A stretch of 64,000 bases of DNA from Octopus vulgaris (taxonomy: Eukaryota). The stretch covers positions 33,542,001 through 33,606,000 of the forward strand of contig OX597825.1 in NCBI GenBank assembly GCA_951406725.2, written 5' to 3'. Below the pieces are notes generated by a model. That model worked only from the letters and a program-made list of their open reading frames with translations, ran no database searches and was not told the DNA's origin. The position numbers and the translations under genes were made by a program. How positions within the stretch are numbered: position 1 is the stretch's first letter; every line of letters starts with the position of its first letter. Positions 26,069 through 39,474 of this stretch are shown piece by piece.

Positions 26069-26881
26069 TGATCTTATTGGATTAGGGGTTAACCTGAAGT
26101 TTAAACAAGAAGAGTTTTCTCTTTTACTATATTGTCATGTGCATGGTGAACAGTGAGAATTAGAATGATGGCTTATCACTTATTACATTCAAACAGATTC
26201 AAATGTGAATGTGCTAGTTACTGTTGTATTTCATCACTGGAGAACAGCTTTTCCTTTTAAATGAATGTGTGCTCATAATATACTCAATTAATTAATGTTC
26301 AGAGTGTAATGAGCTGGAACAGGTACCACAAAGCATTTTGTCTGATACTGTAATGATTCTGCCAGTCTCTTACTGATTTCTAGAATCACAAATTTTGCAG
26401 AAAGGGTGTAGTCAACTAAACCAACCTCAAAATTTGATCATTATTTAACTTTTTGACCCAGAAGGATGAGATGAAAAGTTGACTCCAGTAGGATTTGAAC
26501 TCAGAATGCAAAGGAAATATTGCAAGGCATGTTGTCAGTAATTCTTTTGCTTCTGCTACTTCACTATTCTTATTTCCATTGAGGTCCATTGGCTTGGGTT
26601 AAATGGATTCACGTTTCTTATTTACAGTTACAGCCTTCTCCAAACTTACCGGTGTCCATATCTTGTTTTAATGATAATTTTTGGTTGAAGGTATCGTTGA
26701 TGAAGCAGACTACTAGTTTTTGACTGGTACTTCATTTTATCAACCCACAACAGAATGAAAGGGTAAAGTCAGACTTAAGTGCAACTAATAATAATAATAA
26801 TAATAATAGTAGTAATGATGATGATATTAATGTAATGGATTGAAATGACATTTGTTCTTTTTTTTATTTCTTCTTACATAG

Positions 26882-26964
26882 AAATGGTGTTAATGTTGAA
26901 GGTGCTACACATCGACAGGTTGTGGACCTAATCAAGTCAGGTAGAGATAACCTTACTCTGACAG
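26882..26964 (+). CDS. SNX27: Sorting nexin-27 internal exon, C-terminal part of PDZ domain: (V)[27 protein letters not shown](V)
   Basis: Polypyrimidine tract ending ttcttacatAG (AG 26880-26881); donor G|GTAAGA at 26965; 83 nt = 1+27x3+1. Peptide closely matches the SNX27 PDZ segment as I recall it from vertebrates ([27 protein letters not shown]). Too short for the ORF track. Confidence 0.95.
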
Positions 26965-27690
26965 GTAAGAATGTATATTTTATTACATTTCTGTATTTTC
27001 ACTTTGCAAATTAAAATGTAAAAAGAAAACATTATCTTAATCAAATGTAATTAAATTTTCATCTATTATAGCACTATAGACTTTTAATTACTAAAGTAGG
27101 TAAGTTAGTAAAACATCTTGTTATAATATAGTTTCTTCTTAAGATTATGATAAACTTGCTTCTTTATATTAACTGAGAGATCTCCTATCTGGTAGTTTTC
27201 TGAAGAAAGGAGATGAAAAATCATAAAGCATCATCAAAAACTTAAAACCTTGGGTATAAATGATATAATTTCTATTTTATATATGTTTTTAAAATATTAT
27301 TCAGAATTAAATCATCCAGAATAGCCTATGTTTGCAACTAATGAAATATTTTTAGTGACTTATCTCAGTTTTAATTGCTGTTGTAACGACCTATCTTCTG
27401 TCAAGTAGTGAAGGTCACCTCTGTAATAAGCTGGATGATTATAAAATTATTGGAAATAAATTTTATGAATTAAATTTCCAATATCAAACATTATTTAATG
27501 TTCAATATTGGAAAATTTGTTTGCTGTCTCCAAAGATGAATTATATATATATATATATATAAAGATTAAATTATTTGATATTTAGTTTGAAGCAATTATC
27601 CTAAAAGATAGCTGTTGAAGAAGAGACTTATTTCAGTGATATTTCTGTATAATATTGGTGAAAAATAGCAGTAAATTACAAAATATAACA

Positions 27691-27880
27691 CATCATCATC
27701 ATCATCGTTTAACATCCGTTTTCCATGCTAGCATGGGTTGGACGGTTCGACCTGGGTCTGGGAAGTCAGGAGGGTGCACCAGGCTCCAGTCTGATCTGGC
27801 AGAGTTTCTACAGCTGGATGCCCTTCCTAACGCCAACCACTCCGCGAGTGTAGTGGGTGCTTTTTACGTGCCACCTGCAC
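27691..27880 (-). mobile_element. RTE-tailed (GAT-tail) SINE-like element, 5'-truncated
   Basis: Nearly identical to the 3' part of 16468-16748 in reverse. Confidence 0.88.
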
Positions 27881-28844
27881 ATTATAAGTTATTTTCTGGA
27901 GCAGGAAATATATTGCACTTCTTTTTTATAAATTATTAATTGTTATGATAAACATGATGACCTTAGCTCCAAAATACCTATTCTTAGAATATTTCTTGAC
28001 ACTTCAAAAACGCTGCTGTTATAGGAAGAAATTGGCAAAATTAAAATCTTGTACAAAGTCTTATTCTTTACATATGAATAATATTATTGCATGGAAGCAG
28101 TTGCAATCCCTGGCATGGCTTTATGGTTAAGAAGCTTGCTTTCTGTATATGTGGTCCCAGATTCTGTCCCACACTGTGACACCTTGGGTAAATGTCTTCT
28201 ATAGTCCTGGGCTGACCAAAGCCTTGTGAATGGATTTGGTAGACGAAAACTGATAATAATTTTAATAATAATTTTGGTGCATAATTTTTAGTTTTGAGGG
28301 AAGTGGATTAGTTGATAATGTCGACCACAATGCACATACTGGTCTTAGTGGAATTTGAACAAAGTAGTTTGTCAATTTATTGCCAGTAATAATAATAATA
28401 ACTGATTATTTCAAGAATAGATAGTTATTGATTACTTGTTGTGATTGCTCCTGGTGCTCTGAGATAAATTGTATTTTGTGTGTCTTATATAATAGTAATT
28501 CCACTAAAAGTAATCATTTCATTAAAAATAGCCAGTGAGATGATTTTTTAGCTCTGCATTATGAGCTGTCTGATCTCAGAGGGGTTGCAAACACATTTTT
28601 TGTCCTGTAGCAAACCAATTAAGAAAAAACAATGACAAAAACCTCAGTTTTATATTGTTTTTAGTGATTTCAGTTGTAAATACAAGCTGAATCTCTATGA
28701 CACCGATGGACAGAGCTAGTGAAAATTAAGTAACTTTTCTGGGGACATGGTACAACTCTAATGATTGAATATGAACTAATACTGTTATATCTATAGAACC
28801 TTCCCAGGAATGGAGATTATGAAGGTTCTAGGTTAATATGACAT

Positions 28845-29260
28845 TGATTTCAAATTTTAGTACAACACCAGCTATTTTAGGAGAAGAGGTATGTCAATTA
28901 CATCGACCCCAGTGCACAACTAGTACTTATTTTATCAATCCCGAAGGATGAAAGGCAATTTGAACTCAGAATGTAAAGATAGACAAAATGCCACTAAGCA
29001 TTTTACCTGGCATGCTAACAGTTCTGATAGCTTGCCATCTAGGATAATATAAGATATTGATTTCAAATCTCGGCACAAGGTCAGCAATTTTGGGGGAGTG
29101 GGTAAGCTGATTACATCAATGCCAGTGCTCAACTGGTACTTATTTTATCAGCCCCGAAAGGACAAAAGGCAAAGTTGACCTCAGTAGAATTTGAACTCGT
29201 ATGTAAAGATGGACAAAGCGTTTTGACCAACATGCTAACTGTTCTGCCAGTTTACCACCT
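28845..29260 (-). mobile_element. Two tandem family-B SINEs
   Basis: Each reads in reverse as the 46499 element (gagttcaaatt B box; gcctttcatccttcggg...gataaaataagtac core). Confidence 0.8.
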
Positions 29261-30076
29261 TAGGTTAATATGAGATATTGAACAGAATTAATGAAGTCTT
29301 GTGAGTATGATGCTATTTTAGATTTAATAAAATTACTATAGCACATACTGTTGTTGTTTAACTCCGGATCAACTCTGATCAAGCTTACTTATGATTGATA
29401 CATACCATAGTTTTCTGTGTTCAGGAATATGTTATACAATGTGTCCTTCCTTTTTTAAGATGGTAAGGTATGATCTGAAGGAGGTTTAGTTGCTGTTACG
29501 AGAAGGTCGAATAATCATGTATAGACTCATTGGCTCATAATATATATTGTTTTTAAGTAAGGAGAAACGTTTACCAGAAGAGTGCAATATTAGGTTTATT
29601 TTTATTATTTCTGGTGTTCTCAAGGCAGTGATCTGACAGAATCATTAACATGTCAAACAAAATGCTTAATAGCATTTCTTCCAGCTGTGTTCAAATTCCT
29701 CCAAGGTCGACTTTGCCTTTCATCCTTTCAGAATCAATAAAAGTACTGTTGTGCACTGGGATTGATGTAATTGACTACTGCTTCCCTTAAAATTTTAGGC
29801 CTTATGTCTGCAGTCGAAAGAATTGTTTCTAGTGTTCTAGTTTTGAAGGTTACAATTAGAAATTAAATGCAGTACCACAAAGAGACATATTTTCAGACAT
29901 TGACAGCTTTGTGCTCAGCTTTAAGCTCTGAAATGCATACCTATTAATGAAATATTTGATGAATGGCTGTTTACATGTTTTCTCTGTGTGTGAGATAACC
30001 AAGAACATAATTAGAAGAATGTTATCTTTGATAGGCTTGGCCATTTCATTTATGTCACAGTGAATTCTGTTTAGAA

Positions 30077-30338
30077 CTCTTTCAATACCAACCTGCATGA
30101 GACCACCTCTAGTTCTTTGTATAGAAAAGTGCCTGTTTTAAAAACCTCATGCTGAAATTAAAACCATATCCAATAATTTTGCATAACAACCATTTGTTAT
30201 GTTCCAAAGAACCAGCTTGATATGAAAATAAATGTAAAAGTTATTTGTACGAAAAAAACAACCAAACTGTTGAACATATTTGAAATTAATTGAAACACAC
30301 AGGCAGTATATTTCATTAGAAATATGACCATGAAAGGG
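30077..30338. mobile_element. Second TTAA-type MITE family (G)
   Basis: Ends aaaggg|TTAA; related fragments at about 50480-50700, 57545-57755 and 61060-61250. Confidence 0.55.
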
Positions 30339-31623
30339 TTAAACAGCCAAGGAATATGTAGTACTAATTGAGCATCAGTAAATGCTGATGTTGTGATGTC
30401 AATAGTAGTGATGATAATAATGTAAAGATTATATGTTGTGTTTCTCTGATTTTAATGCATGAGTATCACACCTATATAATACTGTAATTTTGACAAACAC
30501 ACAATTTAGTCTGTGTTTTTATATAGAGTGAAAACATGTTGTTGCATTATTAGTCCATTAACACCATTTAATTGAGAAACATTTCTCACGTACAGTGCCT
30601 TCTTTATATTCTGGTAAAGAAACAGAAAAACTGTTGTAGTTCAACTCCAGGTCAGTTCTGCTTCAGCAGACCTATGATGGAAGACATTCCAGATTATTAT
30701 TGTTTACTTGTTTCATTCATTGGACTGAGGCCATGCTTGTGTTCTGTGAAACATTGTCATTTTCCTGGGCACAATACAAGGATCTTGTTATTTTGTGTAT
30801 ATTTCCTTTCTAAGATGTTCGCTTATTATTGAGGGGAGATTGAGTTGCTCTCTTTGGCAAGTTGAGTGACTATGTAGGATCTCAGTCTTTTAGGATTGAG
30901 TGAGAGTGTCTTTGCTTTAGTTCTCTAAACCTTGGGGTATCTGATAGTTGTAATCTGCTCTTATTCACAAACTTAGATAAGCTTAGATATGTTTCGACCA
31001 AAGATTGGTCCAGGCCATGTCTAACTTAATACCACCACCTGATAGGATTATCTAAATCCTTTTTAAGTCAAGTTTTGTTTATGATTCATTCAGGTAGTGA
31101 GTTCTTGTTGTGTGAGTTGTATCCAGATATGGGTGGCTTATCTGGTATTCCTTGAAGAAAACTATCCAAACTCTGTTTAAAAGTGATGGGATCCTTTTCC
31201 TCTTTGATCATTTTTGGGACAAGTCTGTTGAATTATAAGCCAAGTAAATTAGGTAAGGGAGCCTCTATGAGGTTACTTGACCTGCTTGAAACAGCAACCA
31301 ATCATCTCAAAACAAAAATAAAGGCAATGAATACTGTAGTCCAAAGTGCACTGCTTCAGAATAAAATAAAACTGGATGATCATAAACAAGGCTAACTTTG
31401 AGACTACAAAACAACACCTTAAACAAAATAGACAATGTGACAATCCAGATGTAGAGTGCCCAGTCTGTTATGTTACATTCCAATGCAACCAGTTGTTTAT
31501 AGTGTTATACCAGATCAAACTGAAGCATTATCATGCTTATATTACTGGACTTATGATTGTGTCTGGTTTTGAAGTTCATCTCAAATAGGGCCATTCAGAA
31601 TTGAAGCTTACTTCTAAACTAAT

Positions 31624-31945
31624 ATGACTGTGTAGTAAGAAGTTTGCTTTCCAACCACATGGTTTCAGGTTCAGCTTCAAGCCAACTGAAACCTTGTAAG
31701 TGGATTTGGAAACTGAAAGAAGCCCATCATGTGTGTATGTGTTTACTTTTGTATTTGTCCCTATCACCACTTGACAATTTGTGTGGTAATTTGTTTATGT
31801 TCCTGTAACTTAGCAATTCAATGAAAGAGACCAACAGAATAAGTACCAATCTTTAAAAAAAGACTCCTGGGGTTAATTTGTTCGACTAAACCCTTCAAGG
31901 CAGTGCTCCAGCAAAGCCACAGTCCAGTGACTGAAACGAATAAGT
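31624..31945 (+). mobile_element. tRNA-derived SINE, family A, internally deleted
   Basis: Head and tail match family A. Confidence 0.8.
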
Positions 31946-32616
31946 GTAAAAGTTCAGCTGAGAATTTTCTGCGTATTCTCTGGATTTTATTTTTTTAAGG
32001 CTTAGTCAAAAGAAAAAGGACACTACACATAACCTTTTTCACAGGGCTTCTGATACTGGTGGGGGAGAAATAGAGGAGAAAAACATAACTAGCAATCTGG
32101 TGTGAATGCTTACACTAGTGGAACCTCCACTAAACTGCTCCCAGAGTCATGTGGAGGGCGTTAAACTAGGTGGCTGATTAGGTCTATCACAATTTTTAGT
32201 AACCAAAACATTTTTGTTTACTCCTTGTTTCCCCATATGTGGCTATACCCTTGATGTTTTTGATGGCTATACCCTTGCCTGTTTTTGATGAGCTCCTCTA
32301 CTAGCAAATTACTTTAGTTGTGGTTTTACTTAAGCTTTAAACATTCCATCAAGTTCTTACAAGTTCTTTCGCTGTTCATGGACTGATTCTGCAATGAGAA
32401 CTATTACATCTAAAAACAAAAAAATTCTTCAATAAAATTCTAATCTTGATGCCAAACACATATTCTAAAGAGTTCAAGAATTAGGATTATAACTTTGAAG
32501 ATTAGAATGTGGTACACTTTCAAATATATACCTGTACTTTTAAAATTCTTGTGATACACCTGTATAGCTTGATATATCTGTGCTTTCAAAATTCTCTTAA
32601 AGAAAGATAAACCAAA

Positions 32617-32845
32617 AATGGAGGTTTGATGAGGTGACTTGACTAGCTTAGAGAAATAGCAGTCAAATTTCTCTCAAATCACACCTTACAAGCTTTAAAG
32701 AGAGGCAAGGACATATTTGGATAATGTGGTTCTGGACGGACATATTGTATGAAAACGAGCTGGGATGGTCATAGTTGGTATGCTTTGGTTATAAGTCTGC
32801 TTGATCAAAGCTAACCTGGGATTACACAGCTATAGTAGCAGCAAC
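32617..32845 (+). mobile_element. Family-C dispersed repeat, (CAA)n-tailed, representative copy
   Basis: Motifs gaaatagcagtcaaatttctctcaaatcacacc ... ggataatgtgg ... ggatggtcatagttgg ... acctggg. Related copies near 3085, 4860, 15800, 17670, 18430, 25672, 29355, 31255, 36175, 48395, 49665, 51940, 53080 and 53855. Confidence 0.7.
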
Positions 32846-33635
32846 AATTCATATTAAATCTGTTCTTCTTTACTCTAATTTTAGTCTCTCACATCTTCAA
32901 GAGAAGATGTGGGATATTGCCACACTTGTTCTCTTCTAATTTTTTTATTGTTAGTCATTGAAGGATGGGTATCCTTTGTTGAAAAAGCTTGCTCATGATC
33001 CCATGCTTTGGGATGGAACTCAAATCACCTAGTTATGAAGTGAACTTTTGAACCACACAGCAATAACTGCCTCCACAAAGCTATTCAAAATGAAAGATTC
33101 CTTTAAGACATTTCTCTAGGTCAACAACAAATGTAAGGCAGAAATGATTTCTTGATCTTTACAGTTGTTACACCTGAAATAAAGTATCTATTGTTTCAAG
33201 GTGTAGGACAAACTGAAAAACTTGCAAAAAATGTTTACCAGCCTGTTCTAATAATAACAAAATATCCATTGTAAGTATTTGAGAGAAGTTATTTTACTGT
33301 AAACTCCTCAGTGTTGACCTCCTTTTATATATACACTAGACTACAAGGAATTGTTATATAATGTATACATAAAATTAATGGAAACAATTTTCCCATTTCA
33401 ACATTATGTTACTTTCAGAGTATCTTTCCATTATGTACTGTTTTGGCTATTTATGAAAGTATCCAAAAAACTGCATATCTTGGGAACCCGTGGTCTGATT
33501 TACGCAAAACTTGTTTTATTCCATTCGTATTCACATTTCAGAGGTACTTTACTTTCAGAGTATTTTCCCCATTATATGCTGGTTTGGATGTATTGAATTA
33601 CAGACAAGCATGCATGCAACCATGCAAGCAAAACT

Positions 33636-34350
33636 GGCATAACTACAGATGTGTACTCCCACCAACTCTGTTGCTTCATAACTTCCAGAAAAATTGATAC
33701 TTTTTCACGAAATTTTCAACAAATACTACTCAGGTACTATGGATTCAGAGTATATAGGGATTTATGAGAAAGAATTTTATTGAGGGGGTAGGGAGAGGAG
33801 TTTTGGAAAATTCACATGATCCAACTAATTTCCCTTCATAACTTTCAGGAAAATGGATATCTTTTAATGAAATTTTATACAAATACCTTTCAAACAGCAT
33901 AGATTATGATGGTAAAGAGATTTGTGGGGAAAATTTTTTCTGAGAGGGTTTTGAAATCCAGAGTTTTGGATCAGGAACACCAAATAAGTTGGAACTACTC
34001 TGTTTTGATGGGGATTTTTCCCTTTTTTTTAAAACTACAACCTTCAAAATAATGTGGACAGGGAACATCTTTATAATCGTAATCTATGCTGATTGAAAGG
34101 TATTTGCATAAAATTTCACTGAAAGAAATCCATTTTCCTGAAAGTTATGAGAGAAAAAAGTCAGATTGTGTGAATTTTCCAATACTCCTCTCCCCACTCC
34201 TTCAGGAAAATTCTTTCTCATAAATCCCTATATACCCAGTACATCCACAGTATTTGAGCGGTATTTGTTGAAAATTTTGTCAAAAAGTATCCGTTTTACT
34301 GGAAGTTATGAGGCAACAAAGTCGGTGGGGTACACATCTGTAGTTATGCC
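33636..34350. mobile_element. Long-TIR foldback DNA element (Mutator- or Merlin-like, non-autonomous)
   Basis: Arms about 33636-33921 and 34064-34350 are inverted (ggcataactacagatgtgtac / gtacacatctgtagttatgcc); 9-bp flanks agcaaaact / aacaaaact. Confidence 0.88.
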
Positions 34351-34539
34351 AACAAAACTATCCAGTGTTCAAAGTAAGGGTCAATAACTCCAGGTTTTAC
34401 TGCTTAAATTTGTGGGAACAAACCCCACCAAAAAAACGTGTATCTCAGGAATATGTGGTCCGATTTACACGAAACTTGTTTTATTTTGTTTGTATTCACA
34501 TTTCAGTGGTCTTTACTTTCAGAGTATTTTCCTATTATG

Positions 34540-34798
34540 ATAATATAATAATGAAATTATTGCATACAGTGCTCAGGTGCACCACAACTTGTGAAAAGTG
34601 CATATAAAGTAATGTACAAATGTCTGGAAAGTGAACAGTGTGTGAGTCAGATACCTGCTTGCATATGTATGGAAGGGAGAAAATCAAGTGTTGTGTTGGT
34701 GGATCTCAGGAAGCATAGAAGTTTTGAAGGATGCAGTGCTCCGACAACTAACAACTGATGCCGGCAGTTTGCTTCATACTTCAGCAACTCTTAGCATG
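34540..34798 (-). mobile_element. CR1/L2-type LINE 3' end
   Basis: Minus strand LRVAEV*SKLPASVVSCRSTASFKTSM resembles the CR1-group C-terminal motif RV...WN.LP..VV...S...FK; followed by a short 3' UTR and a TAT-rich tail. Confidence 0.75.
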
Positions 34799-35261
34799 CT
34801 GTATTAAATGATAGACAAGCAAGCAATAAGAGAATTTTAGCAGTGTATAGATATATTTATATATAAAAAAAAATTGAATGATGTTCAAGATGTGTTTACA
34901 GCTGCCCAATCAATATTCTTTTATTCTTTTACTTGTTTCAGTCATTTGACTATGGCATAGCTGGAGCACTGCTTTGCAGGGTTTTAGTCAAACAAATCAA
35001 CCCCAGGACTTATTCTTATCAACAAGAATTGTATGTTGTTGACATCATAAGAATTTCTAAACTTCAATAGAATGTGAAAGTAATTGTTTTGGGAACACTG
35101 GATCTCAAAGCAGATGATAAAGCTAATATTGATAAAATTCTAAATAGCTAAATACTAGGTTAAAAAAATCTTTTGGATAGGAAAAGTTTTGTCTATAGCA
35201 TGTGTGGCTTTGAGTCCCATGGTCAGCTTCCAGTTTTTTTTTTTGCTATCCAAAGGGTTTT

Positions 35262-35658
35262 GTTAGCACACCAGGTGAAATGCTTAGCAGTATTTTGTCT
35301 GCCGCTACGTTCTGAGTTCAAATTCCGCCAAGGTTGACTGCCTTTCATCCTTTCGGGGTCGCTTAAATAAGTATCAGTTACGCACTGGGGTTGATATAAT
35401 CAACTTAATCTGTTTGTCTGTCCTTGTTTGTCCTCTCTGTGTTTAGCCCCTTGTGGGTAGTAAAGAAATAGGTATTTTGTCTGCCATTACATTCTGAGTT
35501 TAAATTCCACCGAGGTCGACTTTGCCTTTCATCCTTTCGGGGTCGATTAAATAAGTACCAGTTATGCACTGGGGTCGATGTAATTGACTTAATCCCTTTG
35601 TCTGCCCATGTTTGTTCCCTCTATGTTTAGCCCCCTGTGGGCAATAAAAAAAGAAATA
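35262..35658 (+). mobile_element. Family-B SINE head-to-tail dimer
   Basis: Units about 35262-35470 and 35471-35658, both matching 46499-46732. Confidence 0.88.
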
Positions 35659-37327
35659 TTTACAAGCTCTTATATATAGCTTTATACATGTTTCAAGATC
35701 CAGCATTTCTAAAAAGATAGGGGATAATTAGTATCAATCATCATCATCATTTAACATCCGTTCTCCAGGCGGGTGTGGGTTGGATGGTTTAACAGGAGTT
35801 GGTTAGCTGGAGAGCTGCTCAGGCTCCATTTGTCTGATCTGGCATGGTTTCTACAGCTGGATGGCCTCCTTAATGTCAACCACTTTACAGAGTGTACTGG
35901 GTGCTTTTATATGTATCTGGCACAGGTGCTTTTAAAAAATGCAATAATAAACAGTCATGGCAGTGTAGTAAAGGAGTTCACTTTGCACCATGTAGTTTCA
36001 GGCTGGCTCTCTCTGAGTAGCACTATGGAAAGGTGTCTTCTACCTTTGCTTTGGGTTGACCACTTACCTTGTGAATGAAATGTAGTTGAAGGAAACTATG
36101 CAGTAGCCCTGTGTGTGTAGTGCCTTTCAACCCACTGTATTGTTCTATTATTTCACATAATTTCTTTGAGTTAAGGAGGAAACATCCATGTGGTTGCCCA
36201 ACCTGCTAAAAATGGCAACCAAAACTCTCTCAAATCACTCTCATAAAAAAGTACACATTGTGGTTCTGGGTTCCCTGCAAGTGGGGAAAGGATATTTTAT
36301 TTTTCCATCTTTTACTTGTTTCAGTCATCAGACTGCGGCCATGCTGTAGCACTACCTTGACTGGTCATAATTGGGATATTTTTTGCATATATCAGCTTGT
36401 TCAGAGCATACCAAAGGTTTAACAAATACAACATAATCTCTTCCTGATTACATGTTAGTGTAATAAAGTTTCACAATTCAAGATACTGTATACTGTATAC
36501 TTCATGATTGGCAAGTTGTCCACTGTTTAGTAGCAATACTTTTCTTCCTCCAAATGTGTAAATTCCTGTTGAATTTCCACATCTTATCCCTTTCTAACCT
36601 TTTTCCTAAGTTTTCTGCATCTTCTCTGTTTATCTTTGAGCACCTTTATTTCCCACTTTGCTCTTTCTCTATGTCAATATAGTTCATGGTTTCAATTAAC
36701 CTTTTCCTCTTCCGATAACCACTACTACTAATTATGAAAATAATCGAGAATCCGAAGTCATTTAGTAGAATAAATGAGTTTTTCATTATTAATCTGGTGT
36801 TTAGAACATAAAATTGTGGTGGAAAGTTTAATTTATTTTAAAGCAATCAGTCTCTATGGATTAGTGTCAAAAGTTTAGAGTTTCCAATCAAGAATATCTA
36901 ATGGATTACTACATAAATGAAGATTTCTGTTTTTTGTATATATTTATTGTGTATTTCAATTTTAGAATAGGTACACCAGCTGTGGTTGTGTGGTTGAGAA
37001 GCTTGCTTCCAAATCATGTGGTCCTGGGATCAGTCTCACTGCACAGCGCCTGCTACAAGTGTCTTCTGCTATAGCTTCTGGCCTACCAAAGCTTTGTGAG
37101 CAGATTTGGAAGGCAGAAACTGAAAAGAAGTCCATTGCATGTGTGTTTATATATATATATGTAATGGTAGTACACTTGTTGCAAAAACATAGAGGTGTGG
37201 GTTTGAGTCCCATACGTACGGACAACCCTACTTTTTTCCGTCAAGGGCTTATATGCCCCATTATTAGACTATTTACCTTAGTCAATGCATGATGATCACT
37301 TATAAGCTTTAAGATTATATATATATA

Positions 37328-37586
37328 TGTTTGTTCCTTCTCGAGCCATGTCTGGCTCATAGGGCCGGTTTCCTGGTTTCCTTGGCATATAGGTTCCCCA
37401 TCTGGATGGGACGCCGGTCCGTCGCATGTGAAGGAAGAGTGAGAGAAAGTTGTGGCAAAAGAGTCAGCAGAAGTTCGCCATTACCTTTTGCTGGACCCGC
37501 GTGGAGCTTAGGTGTTTCGCTTATAAACACACACATCGCCCAGTCTGAGATTCAAACCCACAATCCCTCGACTGTGAGTCCGCTGC
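37328..37586 (-). mobile_element. tRNA-derived SINE, family E
   Basis: Minus strand B box gggtttgaatctc, body gcgacggaccggcgtcccatccag...gaaaccgg, and (AAC)-like tail; nested at a TA run inside an A2 element. Confidence 0.7.
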
Positions 37587-38286
37587 TTGGAAAGAGATTA
37601 GTTGGTGACAGGAAGAACATCCAGCCATAGAAAAACTGTCTCAAGTTCCATTTGACCCATGCAAGTGGGCAGTAAATGATGATGGTGATGATGATGATGA
37701 TGACGACAATGAAGATGTCTGTTTGTGTCATAATGATAGACCGAAAGGATTGGTGGCACGGCAAGCATCTGATTGTAAAATTCTGTCTCACAAGAACTGT
37801 TCATGGAGAAGCAGACATTAAATACTGATGATGGTGAAACCATTTACATATATCACTTATAATAATTTCCGGCATGTATTTATATATTTTTCTGTGACGC
37901 ACTAGGAGGCAACGTAACCACAAATTACAAGTGAGAGTGACAGAATTAAAATGACAGGGAAAGAGAGAAAGAAAGAGGTGTGGTAGTCTATCAGTGGGTG
38001 GGTGTCACACACACACATAAAAAGTGGGCGTATGCATCTCTATTTTGCGTAATGTATATAAATGGATCTCTGTAGTTAGACACCTCTTTGTCTTAGTTAA
38101 CTATTCAGTGACACTGCTTCAACCATGAGCTCTTTCTCTAGCACTCTGTCTATCCTATCTATCCGTTTATCTATGTCTGTCTCTATATCTAACTGTCTAT
38201 TTCTTTCTCTGTCTGTCAACTGAGCGGTCTGCCAATTTATCCATCCATCTATCTTTCCATCAATCCTAAACATAAATAATGCATGT

Positions 38287-38329
<43 letters not shown>

Positions 38330-38334
<5 letters not shown>

Positions 38335-39110
38335 AATAAAATATATGCATATATATAAACATATATGTACGTACCTACCTCTACATGTACATATACACGC
38401 ATATATGTGTACAGGACACCAAAAAGACGTCGAACACATAGAGAGACGAAAAACATAGACACAAACCAAGGAACAAGACAGGCAAAAAAAAAAAAAGGGG
38501 ATACAGGACAATAAGCACAACGAAAAATCCCCTTCTTCAGTCGCTAAAGTTTCATCTACTAAACGTTTCGAAGGATAAAAGCGAGACGTATACTTCGAAG
38601 AAAAATTCCTTCCTGAGAAAAGCAAATCAATTAAAATTCTGAGATCTTTTCGCAGAGGGGTAAAAAAAGCAAGACGGTAACGACAGTACAAACATATAAA
38701 CAGTAAAAAATATATATATAAACAGTGGAAAAATAAATATATAACAGTGAGAGACAGGACAAGGAGAACAAGATAAGAAGGGCTGTTAACGCCAGACGAA
38801 AAAAGTATTGCAAATGCTGGATTATAGTGGACGACGAGAGAGGAAGATGTCGACCAGTAGCCTTAGAAGGCGGGCGAGAAAGGACAGGATAGCAGTTACG
38901 ACGGAAGTATCGTCGCAGATGGACGACGGGAATGGGGGAGGAGGAGCAAGAGGAAGAGAGAGAAGAAGGGGAATGGTGCGAGGAGACCATGAAGAACAGT
39001 GAGGGGGAGAGAGAGAGGAAGAGACAAGTTAAGTGAGGGAAAAAAGACGAAAAAGGGAATGGGAGAGAAAGAAAGAAAGATGCAGAGTCGCGTGAGAGTT
39101 AATATCAAGG
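38330..39110 (-). mobile_element. Unclassified TA-adjacent repeat, possibly Penelope-like non-autonomous
   Basis: Abuts (TA)n; CpG-rich relative to background; hairpin-GAAAC...GACTGAAGA motif on the minus strand; purine-rich block. Confidence 0.4.
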
Positions 39111-39417
39111 CGAACTTGATAAACAGAATATCCATATGGTCTTGGGTTCAGTTCCACCTTACAGTGCTTTGGGCAAGTGTCCCCTATTGTAGCCTCTGTC
39201 CAACCAAAGCCTCGTGAAAGTATTTGGTTGAAGGAAACTGAAAGAAGCCTGTCACTGAGTAGTTTGGGAAAAGAGACTGATAGAATAAATATCAGGTGTA
39301 AAAAAGATAAGTTTTGGGGTCAGTTTTGTTTGACTAAACATTTCAAGGCAGTGTCCCAACATGACTGCAGTCCTATGACTGAATGTGTGTGTGTGTATGT
39401 GTCTCTCTCTCTCTCTT

Positions 39418-39474
<57 letters not shown>

